64,000 nucleotides of DNA, from assembly GCA_050251055.1 (NCBI GenBank), contig JBFWNL010000003.1:1-64000 (forward strand), in the 5' to 3' direction. A model generated the notes under the pieces. That model worked only from the letters and a program-made list of their open reading frames with translations. It did not search any database and was not told the DNA's origin. This DNA is from Bacteriovoracia bacterium. Its GTDB lineage: Bacteria; Bdellovibrionota; UBA1018; JBFWNL01. Position numbers and translations under genes: made by a program. Positions 9,351 to 18,712 of this stretch are shown piece by piece (the first letter of the stretch is position 1; every line of letters starts with the position of its first letter).

Positions 9351-10532
9351 CTACCGAAGGTTCGTGAGCTTGAACACGCAGGCCTTGTCGTCACCGGCGT
9401 CCAGCACGAAGCCCCCGACGTAAAGCACGCCATCGCGCACGCCCAGTAAGCTTTGCGCTTCCGCCTGGCGCTCGCCTTCACGACCAGGATTCATGTGGTC
9501 GTAGGTAACCACCTTCGCCGTTGGCGCGCCGTTCAGATCAACGCCCAGCGCGGCCACCAGGGCTTGCGCGTAGTAACCCTGCCCGCCCGTTTTCTGAACC
9601 ATACGAGCGGCAAAGTAAACCTGGCCGTCTTCCAAAGTCTTCAGCTCATAAGCGGTACCGAAACCGGGGTTACCACCGGTCAGATCCACGCGCTGAAAGG
9701 GCGTCTCACCCGAAATCACCCGGGCCTGAAAGCCGTCACCCTCGGGCGTGGCGATCCAAACGCGGGCTTTTTCGTCGATCGCCAGCGCGGTTCCCGACGC
9801 CAGCGCGAGCGTGCCTTCGATCAAATCCTGCTGCACGAGCTCGGCTTTTTTTGCATCCGCCGAGTACTTCACGCGCTGAAGTACGAGCTGTTCGGCCGTA
9901 CCGCCGTCCGCCGTCGCGCAGCCCTTCAGGCGATACACCACCGCACCCTGGCCGTCCCGACGCGTGAATTCCACGGCCTCGAAACCTCCCGCCGGAGCCG
10001 CGCCCGTATCGGCGCAAACTGGCTTGGGCATCTCAACGAAAGATGGAGCGCCTCCGCCGATATCGGCGGTCTTGGCTGTCATCACCTCGCCCGTGACGCT
10101 CAACTTCACCTCGCAGTTGCCAACCTTGTCGGACTCCCGCTTACCGGCGAGCAGCACGTAACCGTCGACTTCTTCCCGAAGCGCCACCACCGGACCCTTG
10201 CAGAAATCGGGTGACTTAGCATGGGTGTCCGCAAAATTTTTCTCGAACGCCTCGTCGCGCGAAAGATCCGCCCGGAGTCGGCTCACGAAGTACGTCGGCA
10301 AGTTATAATGCCGATAGGCGCTTACCACGCCCCCATCTTGGGCAATCAGATTGACGACGGGCGAGCCGCCGGTGGAGATCGAAGTCACGCCCACTTGCCA
10401 GGCCACTTCCTTCGCAACCCCCGGCTTCACCGCGCCCGGGAGCGTGATCCGTTTCGGACCTTCACCACAGCCGGTGGCCCCGACGACCATCACGAACCCT
10501 GAAACCATCACCAACGTGTCTTTGAATTTCAT
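9351..10532 (-). CDS. Hypothetical lipoprotein, beta-rich (propeller-like)
   Basis: Lipobox ATGC; 393-aa ORF. Confidence 0.75.
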   Translation of the reverse strand: MKFKDTLVMVSGFVMVVGATGCGEGPKRITLPGAVKPGVAKEVAWQVGVTSISTGGSPVVNLIAQDGGVVSAYRHYNLPTYFVSRLRADLSRDEAFEKNFADTHAKSPDFCKGPVVALREEVDGYVLLAGKRESDKVGNCEVKLSVTGEVMTAKTADIGGGAPSFVEMPKPVCADTGAAPAGGFEAVEFTRRDGQGAVVYRLKGCATADGGTAEQLVLQRVKYSADAKKAELVQQDLIEGTLALASGTALAIDEKARVWIATPEGDGFQARVISGETPFQRVDLTGGNPGFGTAYELKTLEDGQVYFAARMVQKTGGQGYYAQALVAALGVDLNGAPTAKVVTYDHMNPGREGERQAEAQSLLGVRDGVLYVGGFVLDAGDDKACVFKLTNLR

Positions 10533-10558
10533 TGAGGCCCTTATAACGCGACGAGACG

Positions 10559-10589
10559 CAAAAAATCAACGCTATGCGTTGTTTTTTTG
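10559..10589 (-). terminator. Hairpin CAACGC/GCGTTG flanked by A/T tracts; likely terminator of the ubiB-fadD-mutT run
   Basis: Inverted repeat followed by T-run on the minus strand. Confidence 0.45.
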
Positions 10590-10635
10590 TATTTTAACTA
10601 ATTAATATTATTAAAAATTACCGGAGCCGTGAAAA

Positions 10636-11178
10636 TTAAGAATTTAAGAGCTGAATCCAGGTCCGCGCGACCGCCCCCCGCTCGTACCAAATCGTGCCCC
10701 AGAACGAGCGCCGTTCAATGACATACGGAAGGAAGTGACGGTCACCTGCCCAAAGGTTCAGTTCGGAAACCCGCGCGGCCGGTACCCAGGCGAGTTCACC
10801 CTCAGGGCAAATTCGCTTCAAGCCGGGTTCGTCCCGACGGATGCGCGCCGAGAACACGTAGACCAACCAATCCTCATGCTTCGCCGGTTTGAAAAGCGGG
10901 AATTGAAGCACGCCGAGCGGAACGAACGCATTTTCGGGCAAATCAACGCCCGCCTCCTCGAAGAACTCCCGACGCGCGCATTGAATCGGCGATTCCCCCA
11001 GCTCGAACTTCCCGCCCAAACCATTCCACTTCCCACCGTGAAAATCTTGGCCGCTCGCGTGCTTCTCGCCGTTTCGATGCAGCATTAGCACATCGGCATC
11101 GGCACCTTCCGCGTCGCGCGCGTAGATCAAAACCGCGGGGATCACCCGGCGCTCGCCGGCTTCGTAGGGATTACTCAC
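10636..11178 (-). CDS. NUDIX hydrolase, 8-oxo-dGTPase (MutT/MTH1-like)
   Basis: KWNGLGGKFELGESPIQCARREFFEEAG Nudix box; EGELAW, LW.GDRHFL. Confidence 0.9.
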   Translation of the reverse strand: MSNPYEAGERRVIPAVLIYARDAEGADADVLMLHRNGEKHASGQDFHGGKWNGLGGKFELGESPIQCARREFFEEAGVDLPENAFVPLGVLQFPLFKPAKHEDWLVYVFSARIRRDEPGLKRICPEGELAWVPAARVSELNLWAGDRHFLPYVIERRSFWGTIWYERGAVARTWIQLLNS

Positions 11179-12964
11179 CGCCGCCCGCGTACATCTTGTC
11201 GATTAAGTGCTTGTAGTTCTGTTCGATCACGTTTCTTTTCATCTTCATGGTGGCCGTCATGTCGCCGCTTTCGATAGAAAACTCGGCGGCGAGCACCGTC
11301 ACCTGCTTGATCTTTTCGAAATTCGCGAGCGACGAGTTAAGCGCGTCCACTTCGCGTTTCACGTCGGCGAGCGTCGCGGCATCCTTCACCACGCCATCGC
11401 CCAACGCGCCTGGCTTGCCTTGGAGTTCCTTGAGAACCCCCTCGCTCAGGGTCACCAACATTGAGAGATACTTACGGCCGTCCCCTACCATGCACGCTTG
11501 GCTAATGAGCGGGGATGCCTTCAAGCGATCCTCAATCGGAAGGGGCGCGATCATCTTGCCGCCGGAGGTTTTGATGATCTCTTTCTTACGACCCTTGATC
11601 TTCAGCAAACCGCGGTCATCGAGCTCGCCCAAATCACCGGTGTGCAGCCAACCATCGACCAAGGTTTCTTCGGTGGCGTCGTCATTCCGGAAGTAGCCCT
11701 TAAAAACGTGACGCCCCTTCGTAAGGATCTCGCCATCGGAAGCTAAACGGAACTCCGTGCCCGGTACGGGTTTACCGACGGTACCGGCGCAATCCACGCC
11801 CGGAAGCGTCATGCAAATCACGCCCGTCGATTCGGTTTGGCCGAAGTCCTCGAGGATCTCGAGCTGAAGCGCCCGGAACCAGCGGGAAACGTGGGCAGGA
11901 AGCGCCGCCGCGCCGGAAGCGCACACCACCGCCCGACTCAATCCCAGCGCATGGCGCACCTTGGAGAGCACGAGCTTATCGGCGAGCTTGAGCTGCACGA
12001 CATCGGTGAGTCCGATCTTCCCCTTGCCCGCGTACTTCGCCTGCGCGAACTTCCGGCTAACCCGTAGGGCCCAGGCGGCCAGCTTGGCCTTGGCGCCGGT
12101 CGCCTGCGAAAGCTTGTGATCCACGCCCTCCATCATTTTTTCCCACAGGCGCGGCACGCTCAGCAAAATCGTGGGTTGCACTTCGACGATCTCGGTCGAA
12201 ACCTTCTCGAACGCCGTGCAGAAAGAGACCTTGCCGTTGAGGCAGATGCCCACGCCCAAATTTTGGATCTTCTCGGCGATGTGGCAGAGCGGAAGAAACG
12301 AAAAGAGCTCCGACGCCGGCGGGATCTTCCAGAAGCTGATCGCCAGCCCCGCGGTATAAACGAGGTTGTCGTGCGAAATGAGCGCGCCCTTGGGGCTACC
12401 CGTGGTGCCCGACGTATAAATCAGGAACGCGCCCCGGTGCGGGTCCATCCGATCCAGGTACGGCTGAATCTGTTTACCGGCCGCGAGCTTTCTGCCTTCG
12501 GCGAGCGCCGTTTCATAAGCCACCGCTTTGGGATGAACGCTCGTATCGCCATCGAACACGAAAACGCACTCAATCGTCGCCGGCAGCGCATGCTCGCCCT
12601 GCTTGCCAACGATCTTCTGAAAATACTCTTTGTTCTGGACGGCCAAAAACCGCGCTTGGGTATGGTCGACGATGTAGTGGATGTCTTTCGCGGTGGAGTT
12701 GGGATAGATCCCGGCGGTCTTTCCGCCGAGGAGCCCCGGGGCGAGATCCATGTGCACCCACTCGGGGCAGTTGTAGGAAAGGATGCAAACGCTGTCATCG
12801 GGGGTAAAACCACGCGAATCGAGATACATCGCCAAGGCGAAGACGCGGTCGCGAAAATCCTGGGCGGGAATGGTTTTCCACTCCCCACCCCGTTTCATGC
12901 TCTGGGCGGGCGATTGGGGCTGGGTTTCCGCCCACTGGTGCAAACGATGAATCAGAGTACTCAT
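11171..12964 (-). CDS. fadD: Long-chain fatty acid-CoA ligase
   Basis: YTSGTTGSPKG, SFLPLCHIAE, DFGQTE, GWLHTGDLG, GRKKEII, TMKMKR. Confidence 0.92.
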   Translation of the reverse strand: MSTLIHRLHQWAETQPQSPAQSMKRGGEWKTIPAQDFRDRVFALAMYLDSRGFTPDDSVCILSYNCPEWVHMDLAPGLLGGKTAGIYPNSTAKDIHYIVDHTQARFLAVQNKEYFQKIVGKQGEHALPATIECVFVFDGDTSVHPKAVAYETALAEGRKLAAGKQIQPYLDRMDPHRGAFLIYTSGTTGSPKGALISHDNLVYTAGLAISFWKIPPASELFSFLPLCHIAEKIQNLGVGICLNGKVSFCTAFEKVSTEIVEVQPTILLSVPRLWEKMMEGVDHKLSQATGAKAKLAAWALRVSRKFAQAKYAGKGKIGLTDVVQLKLADKLVLSKVRHALGLSRAVVCASGAAALPAHVSRWFRALQLEILEDFGQTESTGVICMTLPGVDCAGTVGKPVPGTEFRLASDGEILTKGRHVFKGYFRNDDATEETLVDGWLHTGDLGELDDRGLLKIKGRKKEIIKTSGGKMIAPLPIEDRLKASPLISQACMVGDGRKYLSMLVTLSEGVLKELQGKPGALGDGVVKDAATLADVKREVDALNSSLANFEKIKQVTVLAAEFSIESGDMTATMKMKRNVIEQNYKHLIDKMYAGGGE

Positions 12965-13004
12965 GCTTCCCTCCGGCCAAGCGTATAACAACGCGCGTCA
13001 CATT

Positions 13005-14432
13005 TCAAAGGTATTGATCTAACAGTTTACGCGCCGGCAGCTCGCAGTCCAGCTTGGAAAGGAAAATGAATACGCCGCCTAACTTGCGGTCGAGAAAGAC
13101 GATTTCCGGCGGCGGCGGCCGCAGACGGAAGGCCATCACGAGCTTGGGTCCCTTGGTCGCCACGCGCTTCGGCAAGTCGCTCTTTCCCCACCGATACCGG
13201 CCGGTCTGAGGATTAAAATACTCGCGCGACAGACCCGCCTCGCGGAACACCCGCGCGTCTTTGGATTCCGGCGCCGGATCGAAGAACCCTTCCATGATGA
13301 GCGTACATACTTCCGCGAACAAAACCCGGGTTTCTTCCGGGTCGTCGGGCCGAAGGAAGCCAATCTCGGCCGCCCCTTCTACGATACGGCCGAGATCGTA
13401 GGCTTCGCAGCCTCGGATCAGCTTCTTATAAGCCGCGATGAAGGCGGGCTCAAACTTGCGAACCGCGCCGAAATCAAAGAGCACGATCTGATCGCCGCCG
13501 GGCGTCCCGGCCGGACCTTGCCCCAGGCGCACGCGGTAGTTGCCAAAATGCGGATCCGTCTGCACCATGCCCCAGCTCAGGAACTCGCGGAAATAAAGAT
13601 CCAAAAACGCTTCTCCCAAGGCATTGCGGCGATCGGCGCTCAACGCGTTTACTTCCGGGCTGTCGATCGCGACGCCATGCTCGAAGCTCGTGGCGAGTAG
13701 CTTCTTTCCGCTGAACTGGGGAAAGAGCTTCGGGACCACGAAGCGGTCGGCCCCGGGCGCGGAAGCGAGCCGGGAGGCGTATTCCTGCGTAAGGCTCGCC
13801 TCGATCTCGTAGTTCGTTTCCTGCTTCAGCATCGTGCGCACTTCCGTGAAGAGCTGATCGATCCGGGTCGAGTCGGACAAGAACTTCGTCATGGAGAGAA
13901 TAGAGCGTATCGAATTCAAATCGCTGTCGATGGACTTGTCCACGCCGGGATATTGGATCTTCAACGCGAGCGTTTCACCGGTCGCTTTCACGGTCGCGCG
14001 GTGGACCTGCCCCAAAGAGGCCGCCGCCACTGGCTCCGGGTCGATCTCGAGCTGCGCCAAAGTTTCCGGGGGCAACCGCTTGCGCAGGATCTTCGCCATT
14101 TCCGACCACTCGACCGGCGGTGAGTCGCTTTGCAGGGTCTTTAGGACGCGGTTCACCTCGGGCGGTAGAAAATACTCGCCCATCACCGAAAGGGATTGCC
14201 CGGCTTTCATCACCGTGCCCTTCAGGCGGCCAAACTCGTTCACCAGGAGCTCCGCCTGGGAGGCGAGCAGCTGCCTCAGGCGTCCTTCGTTTTTTTCCGC
14301 CGAGGACAGAAGACCTCCCACCGCATGGGTCGCCGCCTGGGCACCCATGTTCAACGTAAGCTTCGCCAAGCTCAGCCCGCGCGCGAACGCGCCGGATTTG
14401 ATGTTTTTTAAGGATGTCTTTTTCTTTTCCAA
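13005..14432 (-). CDS. ABC1/AarF/UbiB (COQ8-like) atypical kinase
   Basis: MKAGQ, AAASLGQVHRA, KIQYPG, QTDPHFGNY, LFDFGA. Confidence 0.93.
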   Translation of the reverse strand: MEKKKTSLKNIKSGAFARGLSLAKLTLNMGAQAATHAVGGLLSSAEKNEGRLRQLLASQAELLVNEFGRLKGTVMKAGQSLSVMGEYFLPPEVNRVLKTLQSDSPPVEWSEMAKILRKRLPPETLAQLEIDPEPVAAASLGQVHRATVKATGETLALKIQYPGVDKSIDSDLNSIRSILSMTKFLSDSTRIDQLFTEVRTMLKQETNYEIEASLTQEYASRLASAPGADRFVVPKLFPQFSGKKLLATSFEHGVAIDSPEVNALSADRRNALGEAFLDLYFREFLSWGMVQTDPHFGNYRVRLGQGPAGTPGGDQIVLFDFGAVRKFEPAFIAAYKKLIRGCEAYDLGRIVEGAAEIGFLRPDDPEETRVLFAEVCTLIMEGFFDPAPESKDARVFREAGLSREYFNPQTGRYRWGKSDLPKRVATKGPKLVMAFRLRPPPPEIVFLDRKLGGVFIFLSKLDCELPARKLLDQYL

Positions 14433-14480
14433 GGCGCTCTTTCTATCCCGGCCTTTCGCGAAACGCCAGGGACGGTAGCC

Positions 14481-15365
14481 CTAGTAATCAATCCGTTGGC
14501 CGGAATGCCGTCCGGAAGGAGGGTAGTCACGTGTTTTTTGCGTAGTCCCCGGAGGGGGTTGGTCGCGAGGTCGTTCTGGCTTGCTTTCCGGTGTTGGACC
14601 GAGTGCGATGCTTTCCACTACGGCCGGATTTTCAGTGGACGTTTCAAAGCTAGCGACGATCACGGTCCCGCCGACCACAACTAGGACAACTTTGGCGGCG
14701 GCCTTTCCCACCGCGTCGATCTTTTCCGCTCCCGCCTGATCTTCCAAAAGACGCGGCAGCACGCTAGCATCCGACACGAACACCTGCGCCGGAAAGTGAT
14801 TTCCATTTTCGTCCACGAATCCCTTGGTCAGCATCGTCTGAACGATCTCCGGCACCGAACCCCGTGGGCCATCTAGATAAATCCCTACCTTTTCCAAAGT
14901 ATTGCACGCGCCTGCATAGCAGGTGAGTCCCCCGGCCTGAAATCGCCGCTCGCCTTGCTTCCGCAGCTTTTCCACTAACTCAGGGGGAAGCCCTTCGAAT
15001 TTATACCAAGTCCCCACGTTTAAAGTCTTCGCGTGGTCATGCACCTCGACCGTCGCCAAGATCCCCCCGTCGAAGCGGCTACCGCCCCCAATCAAATAGG
15101 CGTGGCCACCCTCGTCGATCGCAAAGATCGTGTGCTCGCCGGGACCGAAGGCGTCTTCTATTCTCACGAATCCTTTTCGGACATATTTCGGCACATGTAC
15201 ATCCAACCCCTGCACTACAGTTGCCTCTATTCGTTGACCCTTCAGCCAAACCTCGATTCGGCTCCGCGCGCATTCGCGCGCTGCCTCAGGCGAAGCCTCT
15301 CCCTTGGCGCTAAAAAATCCGGATATCAGGACCAATCCGAACCCAAACGTGCGTACACCGCGCAT
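14481..15365 (-). CDS. Secreted hypothetical protein with C-terminal TM and Pro-rich tail (start may be 15377)
   Basis: Signal peptide, early Cys motif ARECARSRI, TM VVLVVVGGTVIVASF. Confidence 0.7.
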   Translation of the reverse strand: MRGVRTFGFGLVLISGFFSAKGEASPEAARECARSRIEVWLKGQRIEATVVQGLDVHVPKYVRKGFVRIEDAFGPGEHTIFAIDEGGHAYLIGGGSRFDGGILATVEVHDHAKTLNVGTWYKFEGLPPELVEKLRKQGERRFQAGGLTCYAGACNTLEKVGIYLDGPRGSVPEIVQTMLTKGFVDENGNHFPAQVFVSDASVLPRLLEDQAGAEKIDAVGKAAAKVVLVVVGGTVIVASFETSTENPAVVESIALGPTPESKPERPRDQPPPGTTQKTRDYPPSGRHSGQRIDY

Positions 15366-15490
15366 GCACCCCATCACTTTCTTATCGGAAAAGCGTGTAA
15401 AACACCGAAGCGGGTTTGTGGGGCGTCGAGCGCGTCAATGTCCTGACGACGAGGCCGCTCAAGCGGGAAAGCGAATACCGGCTAAATGTC

Positions 15491-17380
15491 TTATTTCGTA
15501 CTGAACGCGTTGAAGAGTACGCGATTCACTGGCGCCGACGCGGGTTTACGACCGCCCGTCGCCGGCTCGGCGGCGATCTCGCCCGTCAGCGCCGTGGGCG
15601 AATAGATATTGAGGTACCAGTAGTAATTGCGCCCGATGAGCGCCACGTAGTCGCGCGTTTCATTGAACGGGATCAGATCCAAGAAAAGCATGCGGTTCTC
15701 GACGGGGTAGCGACGCAACCACTTGTCCACGTTTTGCGGGCCGGCGTTGTAACTCGCGAGCGCAAGTTCCGCGTCGCGGTCGAAGCGAGTCAGCAGCTGG
15801 TTGATGTACTTCACTCCCACCCGAATATTGGTCGAAGGATGTAGCAGCTGGCGCTTGGAAACCTTCGCTAGGCGCTTGGCTGTGTAGGGCATGAGCTGCA
15901 TCAGCCCCAGCGCCCCGGCCGAGGACCGAGCCACGCTGACGAAGCCGCTTTCCTGCCGGATCAAAGCCGAAAGAAAGTAAGGATCCACGACCGATCCGTA
16001 TTTGGACAAGGTGGTAAATTCCTTCAGCGGATAGAACTCCTTCAACAAGCCCAGTGAGATCAGGGTCGGGTCGGTTTGAAAGGCGGCTGACAAAACGCTG
16101 AACTGCGCGATCGGCGCTCCGCTACGACCGGCAAGCAACGCCACGTAGATTTGAAAACCCGGCTCGGAGCCTTCGAGGTTGCGGAATACATGGAGCAGCA
16201 CATCGCGCGCTAGATCGTGCGCCTTGAGTTGCTGGAGCACCTCCACCGTACGAATAAAAAGATTCAGTTCCGGATTTTTCTTCGTGCGGAAGATAACCTG
16301 GGAATTACCCCGGTAAAGCAGGCTGACGATGTCGTTGAGCTTTCCTTTATTCAGTGCGATCGAGTGATAGCTGAGCGGGTTCGTCTTCGCGAGTTTGTTT
16401 TTAAAAACCTCGAACTGCAGCTTGTTTCCCGCTTCCTTGGCGCACCAAGCGCGCCAGTAAAAAGCGCGCGTGATGAACTTATCGTCCTTCTCGGAAAGAT
16501 ACTGCAGGTGCGGCTGGGCATCCTTGCAGTTCTTCGCCCAGAGATAAATCAGGCTGGCGCGGAACCGCGCCTGGGCGATCGTGTCTTTAATTTCTTCCGA
16601 GGTGGCGGGCTCCCAGCTGCGGTCCGCGCAGCTCACGGAACGCTCATACAGGCGGCGCGCCAGGTCCTGATAAGCTTCACCGGGAAAAAACTCTTCTACT
16701 TTCGAACCCAAGTTGGTGAGCAAGATCGGCGAGAAACACTTCGCGGAGGTGAGCACCGCTTTGGTGTAGGTCTCCATGCTCGCGAACTCGCGAATTTTCT
16801 TGAAGGTGCGGTAGATTTCCCGACGGCGCAATCCGTCCATGGCGTGAACGTCGCCCGCCTTGATCTTGGAAATCAGGTCCGGGATATTCACGAAGCTCTT
16901 GGTCTGATCGACGGCGGCGCGTTTGGGCGTACCGATATGTTTGCGCCAGTCTTTGTCCAGGTACTGACAGAACGGATTTTCGCTCGGACGCGCGATGCAC
17001 TCGCTCAGGAAGCGGCCCTTGGCATCGGCGCTCAGGCGGTTTTTGCGGAAATCGACGTAAACCTGGCCTTGCTCGAGAAGCTTCTTGGAATCGGCCGGGG
17101 CCATTTTCTCAAGCTCGAGGCCGGCGACCGGGCGATCGGTTTCCACGAGCTCGTGGAAACTCATTTCAATCAGCGGGGTCTTGTCTTCCTTGGCGAGATC
17201 GGGTTCTTTAATGATCTCCTCGTCGCCCGTCTCACTCGCCGATTCGCCCGAAGCGTCGGGCGTACGAATACTTTCCTGGGCGTTCGTCATCACCGCGAAC
17301 GTCGGGTCGGCGGAAGTGCTGAGGCCCATAAAAATGACCAGTACGAGTATGTATTTAGAAATCTTATAAAAATGAATCAT
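15491..17380 (-). CDS. Soluble lytic transglycosylase (SLT domain, helical N-region)
   Basis: ALIRQESGF, GALGLMQLMP.TA, NIRVG.KY, ASYNAGP, IPFNETRDYV. Confidence 0.93.
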   Translation of the reverse strand: MIHFYKISKYILVLVIFMGLSTSADPTFAVMTNAQESIRTPDASGESASETGDEEIIKEPDLAKEDKTPLIEMSFHELVETDRPVAGLELEKMAPADSKKLLEQGQVYVDFRKNRLSADAKGRFLSECIARPSENPFCQYLDKDWRKHIGTPKRAAVDQTKSFVNIPDLISKIKAGDVHAMDGLRRREIYRTFKKIREFASMETYTKAVLTSAKCFSPILLTNLGSKVEEFFPGEAYQDLARRLYERSVSCADRSWEPATSEEIKDTIAQARFRASLIYLWAKNCKDAQPHLQYLSEKDDKFITRAFYWRAWCAKEAGNKLQFEVFKNKLAKTNPLSYHSIALNKGKLNDIVSLLYRGNSQVIFRTKKNPELNLFIRTVEVLQQLKAHDLARDVLLHVFRNLEGSEPGFQIYVALLAGRSGAPIAQFSVLSAAFQTDPTLISLGLLKEFYPLKEFTTLSKYGSVVDPYFLSALIRQESGFVSVARSSAGALGLMQLMPYTAKRLAKVSKRQLLHPSTNIRVGVKYINQLLTRFDRDAELALASYNAGPQNVDKWLRRYPVENRMLFLDLIPFNETRDYVALIGRNYYWYLNIYSPTALTGEIAAEPATGGRKPASAPVNRVLFNAFSTK

Positions 17381-17479
17381 CGTGTTTCTTAGCGGCGTTC
17401 CTTGCCGCCCTCTAGTTTACTGTATCGGCGGAAATACAAAAGCCTTTTACGTCAAGCAACCCCATGGCATGATTGGACA

Positions 17480-18712
17480 ATGCATATTCTTGACACCCTG
17501 GCCCTGCTTTCCGGAATTCTCCTCGTAGCGAAGCTCATTGGAGGCGTGGTGAACCGCTTCGGCGTCCCAGCCGTCCTCGCCGAACTCCTCACGGGCGTGA
17601 TCGTCGGAAATTTGACGTTCTTCTGGCCATCCTTTGCCGAGACCGGCCTAGCGGGCCTCGAAAAGTCGGAATTGGCTCATGGGCTTTCCGAACTCGGCGT
17701 GCTCTTTCTGCTCTTCAACGTCGGCCTGGAAACTAATCTTGCCGATATCGGCCGCGTGGGTCGCGACGCGACCATCGCGGCTTTTCTGGGCGTGGCCGCG
17801 CCATTCGCGCTCGCCTTCGCCACCTTGCCCTTTTTGGAAGGCGCCACTTTTAATCACACCCTCTTCATGGCCGCGGCCTTGACCGCCACGAGCGTCGGCG
17901 TCACCTCGGCCGTGCTCAAGGAAGTCGGCCAGCTCGCCAGCCGTTCGGGACAAATCATCCTGGGCGCGGCCGTCATCGATGACGTGCTCGGAATTATCGT
18001 ACTCACGGTGGTGTCCGGCATCGTCGCGACCGGCGCGGTTTCCGTGGGCGCCGTGAGCACTCTCTTGGTCAAAACCGCGATATTCGTGGTAGCGGCAGGG
18101 CTCCTTCGCGCCTACGTATTTCCCCGAGTGTTCCTCCGGGCCCGCCCCTTCGAGGTTTCCGGCAGCCTAACCATTTTTCTCCTCGCCCAAGCCCTGCTCT
18201 TTGCCTGGATCTCCGAGAAGATCGGATTGGCGGGCATCATCGGCGCCTTCGCCCTAGGCGTTATCCTCGATGACGTTCATTTCAAAGACTACAAAGCCAA
18301 GGAAGGCACCTCGTTGGAGCACATTATCAAGCCGGTCGTGGACTTCCTCAGCCCCATCTTCTTCGTGGTGGTCGGCATGAGCGTGAAATTCGAGGCGATG
18401 CTGAAGCCCGAAGCCATGGGACTCGCGGCGATCCTGATCGTCACCGCGATCTTAGGAAAGCTGGCTTGCGGACTAGCGCTCGGCAAGCAAACCCGCAAGG
18501 CGGGCGGGGATCGTTGGATGGTGGGCTTCGGGATGATGCCCCGGGCGGAGGTAGGCTTGATTTTCGCGTCGATCGGCCTGAGCCGTGGAATTTTGTCTTC
18601 GGTGGATTACGCCGCGCTCATCGCCATGGTAGCCCTGACCACCTTCTTGGCGCCGTTCCTGATCGTCTGGCGCGCGAAGCAAATCGCGCCGTCCGCGAAG
18701 AAAACCGCCTAG
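17480..18712 (+). CDS. Cation:proton antiporter (CPA2/NapA-like)
   Basis: Multi-TM; LFNVGLE, ATSVG, GAAVIDDVLG, GMMPRAEV. Confidence 0.93.
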   Translation: MHILDTLALLSGILLVAKLIGGVVNRFGVPAVLAELLTGVIVGNLTFFWPSFAETGLAGLEKSELAHGLSELGVLFLLFNVGLETNLADIGRVGRDATIAAFLGVAAPFALAFATLPFLEGATFNHTLFMAAALTATSVGVTSAVLKEVGQLASRSGQIILGAAVIDDVLGIIVLTVVSGIVATGAVSVGAVSTLLVKTAIFVVAAGLLRAYVFPRVFLRARPFEVSGSLTIFLLAQALLFAWISEKIGLAGIIGAFALGVILDDVHFKDYKAKEGTSLEHIIKPVVDFLSPIFFVVVGMSVKFEAMLKPEAMGLAAILIVTAILGKLACGLALGKQTRKAGGDRWMVGFGMMPRAEVGLIFASIGLSRGILSSVDYAALIAMVALTTFLAPFLIVWRAKQIAPSAKKTA

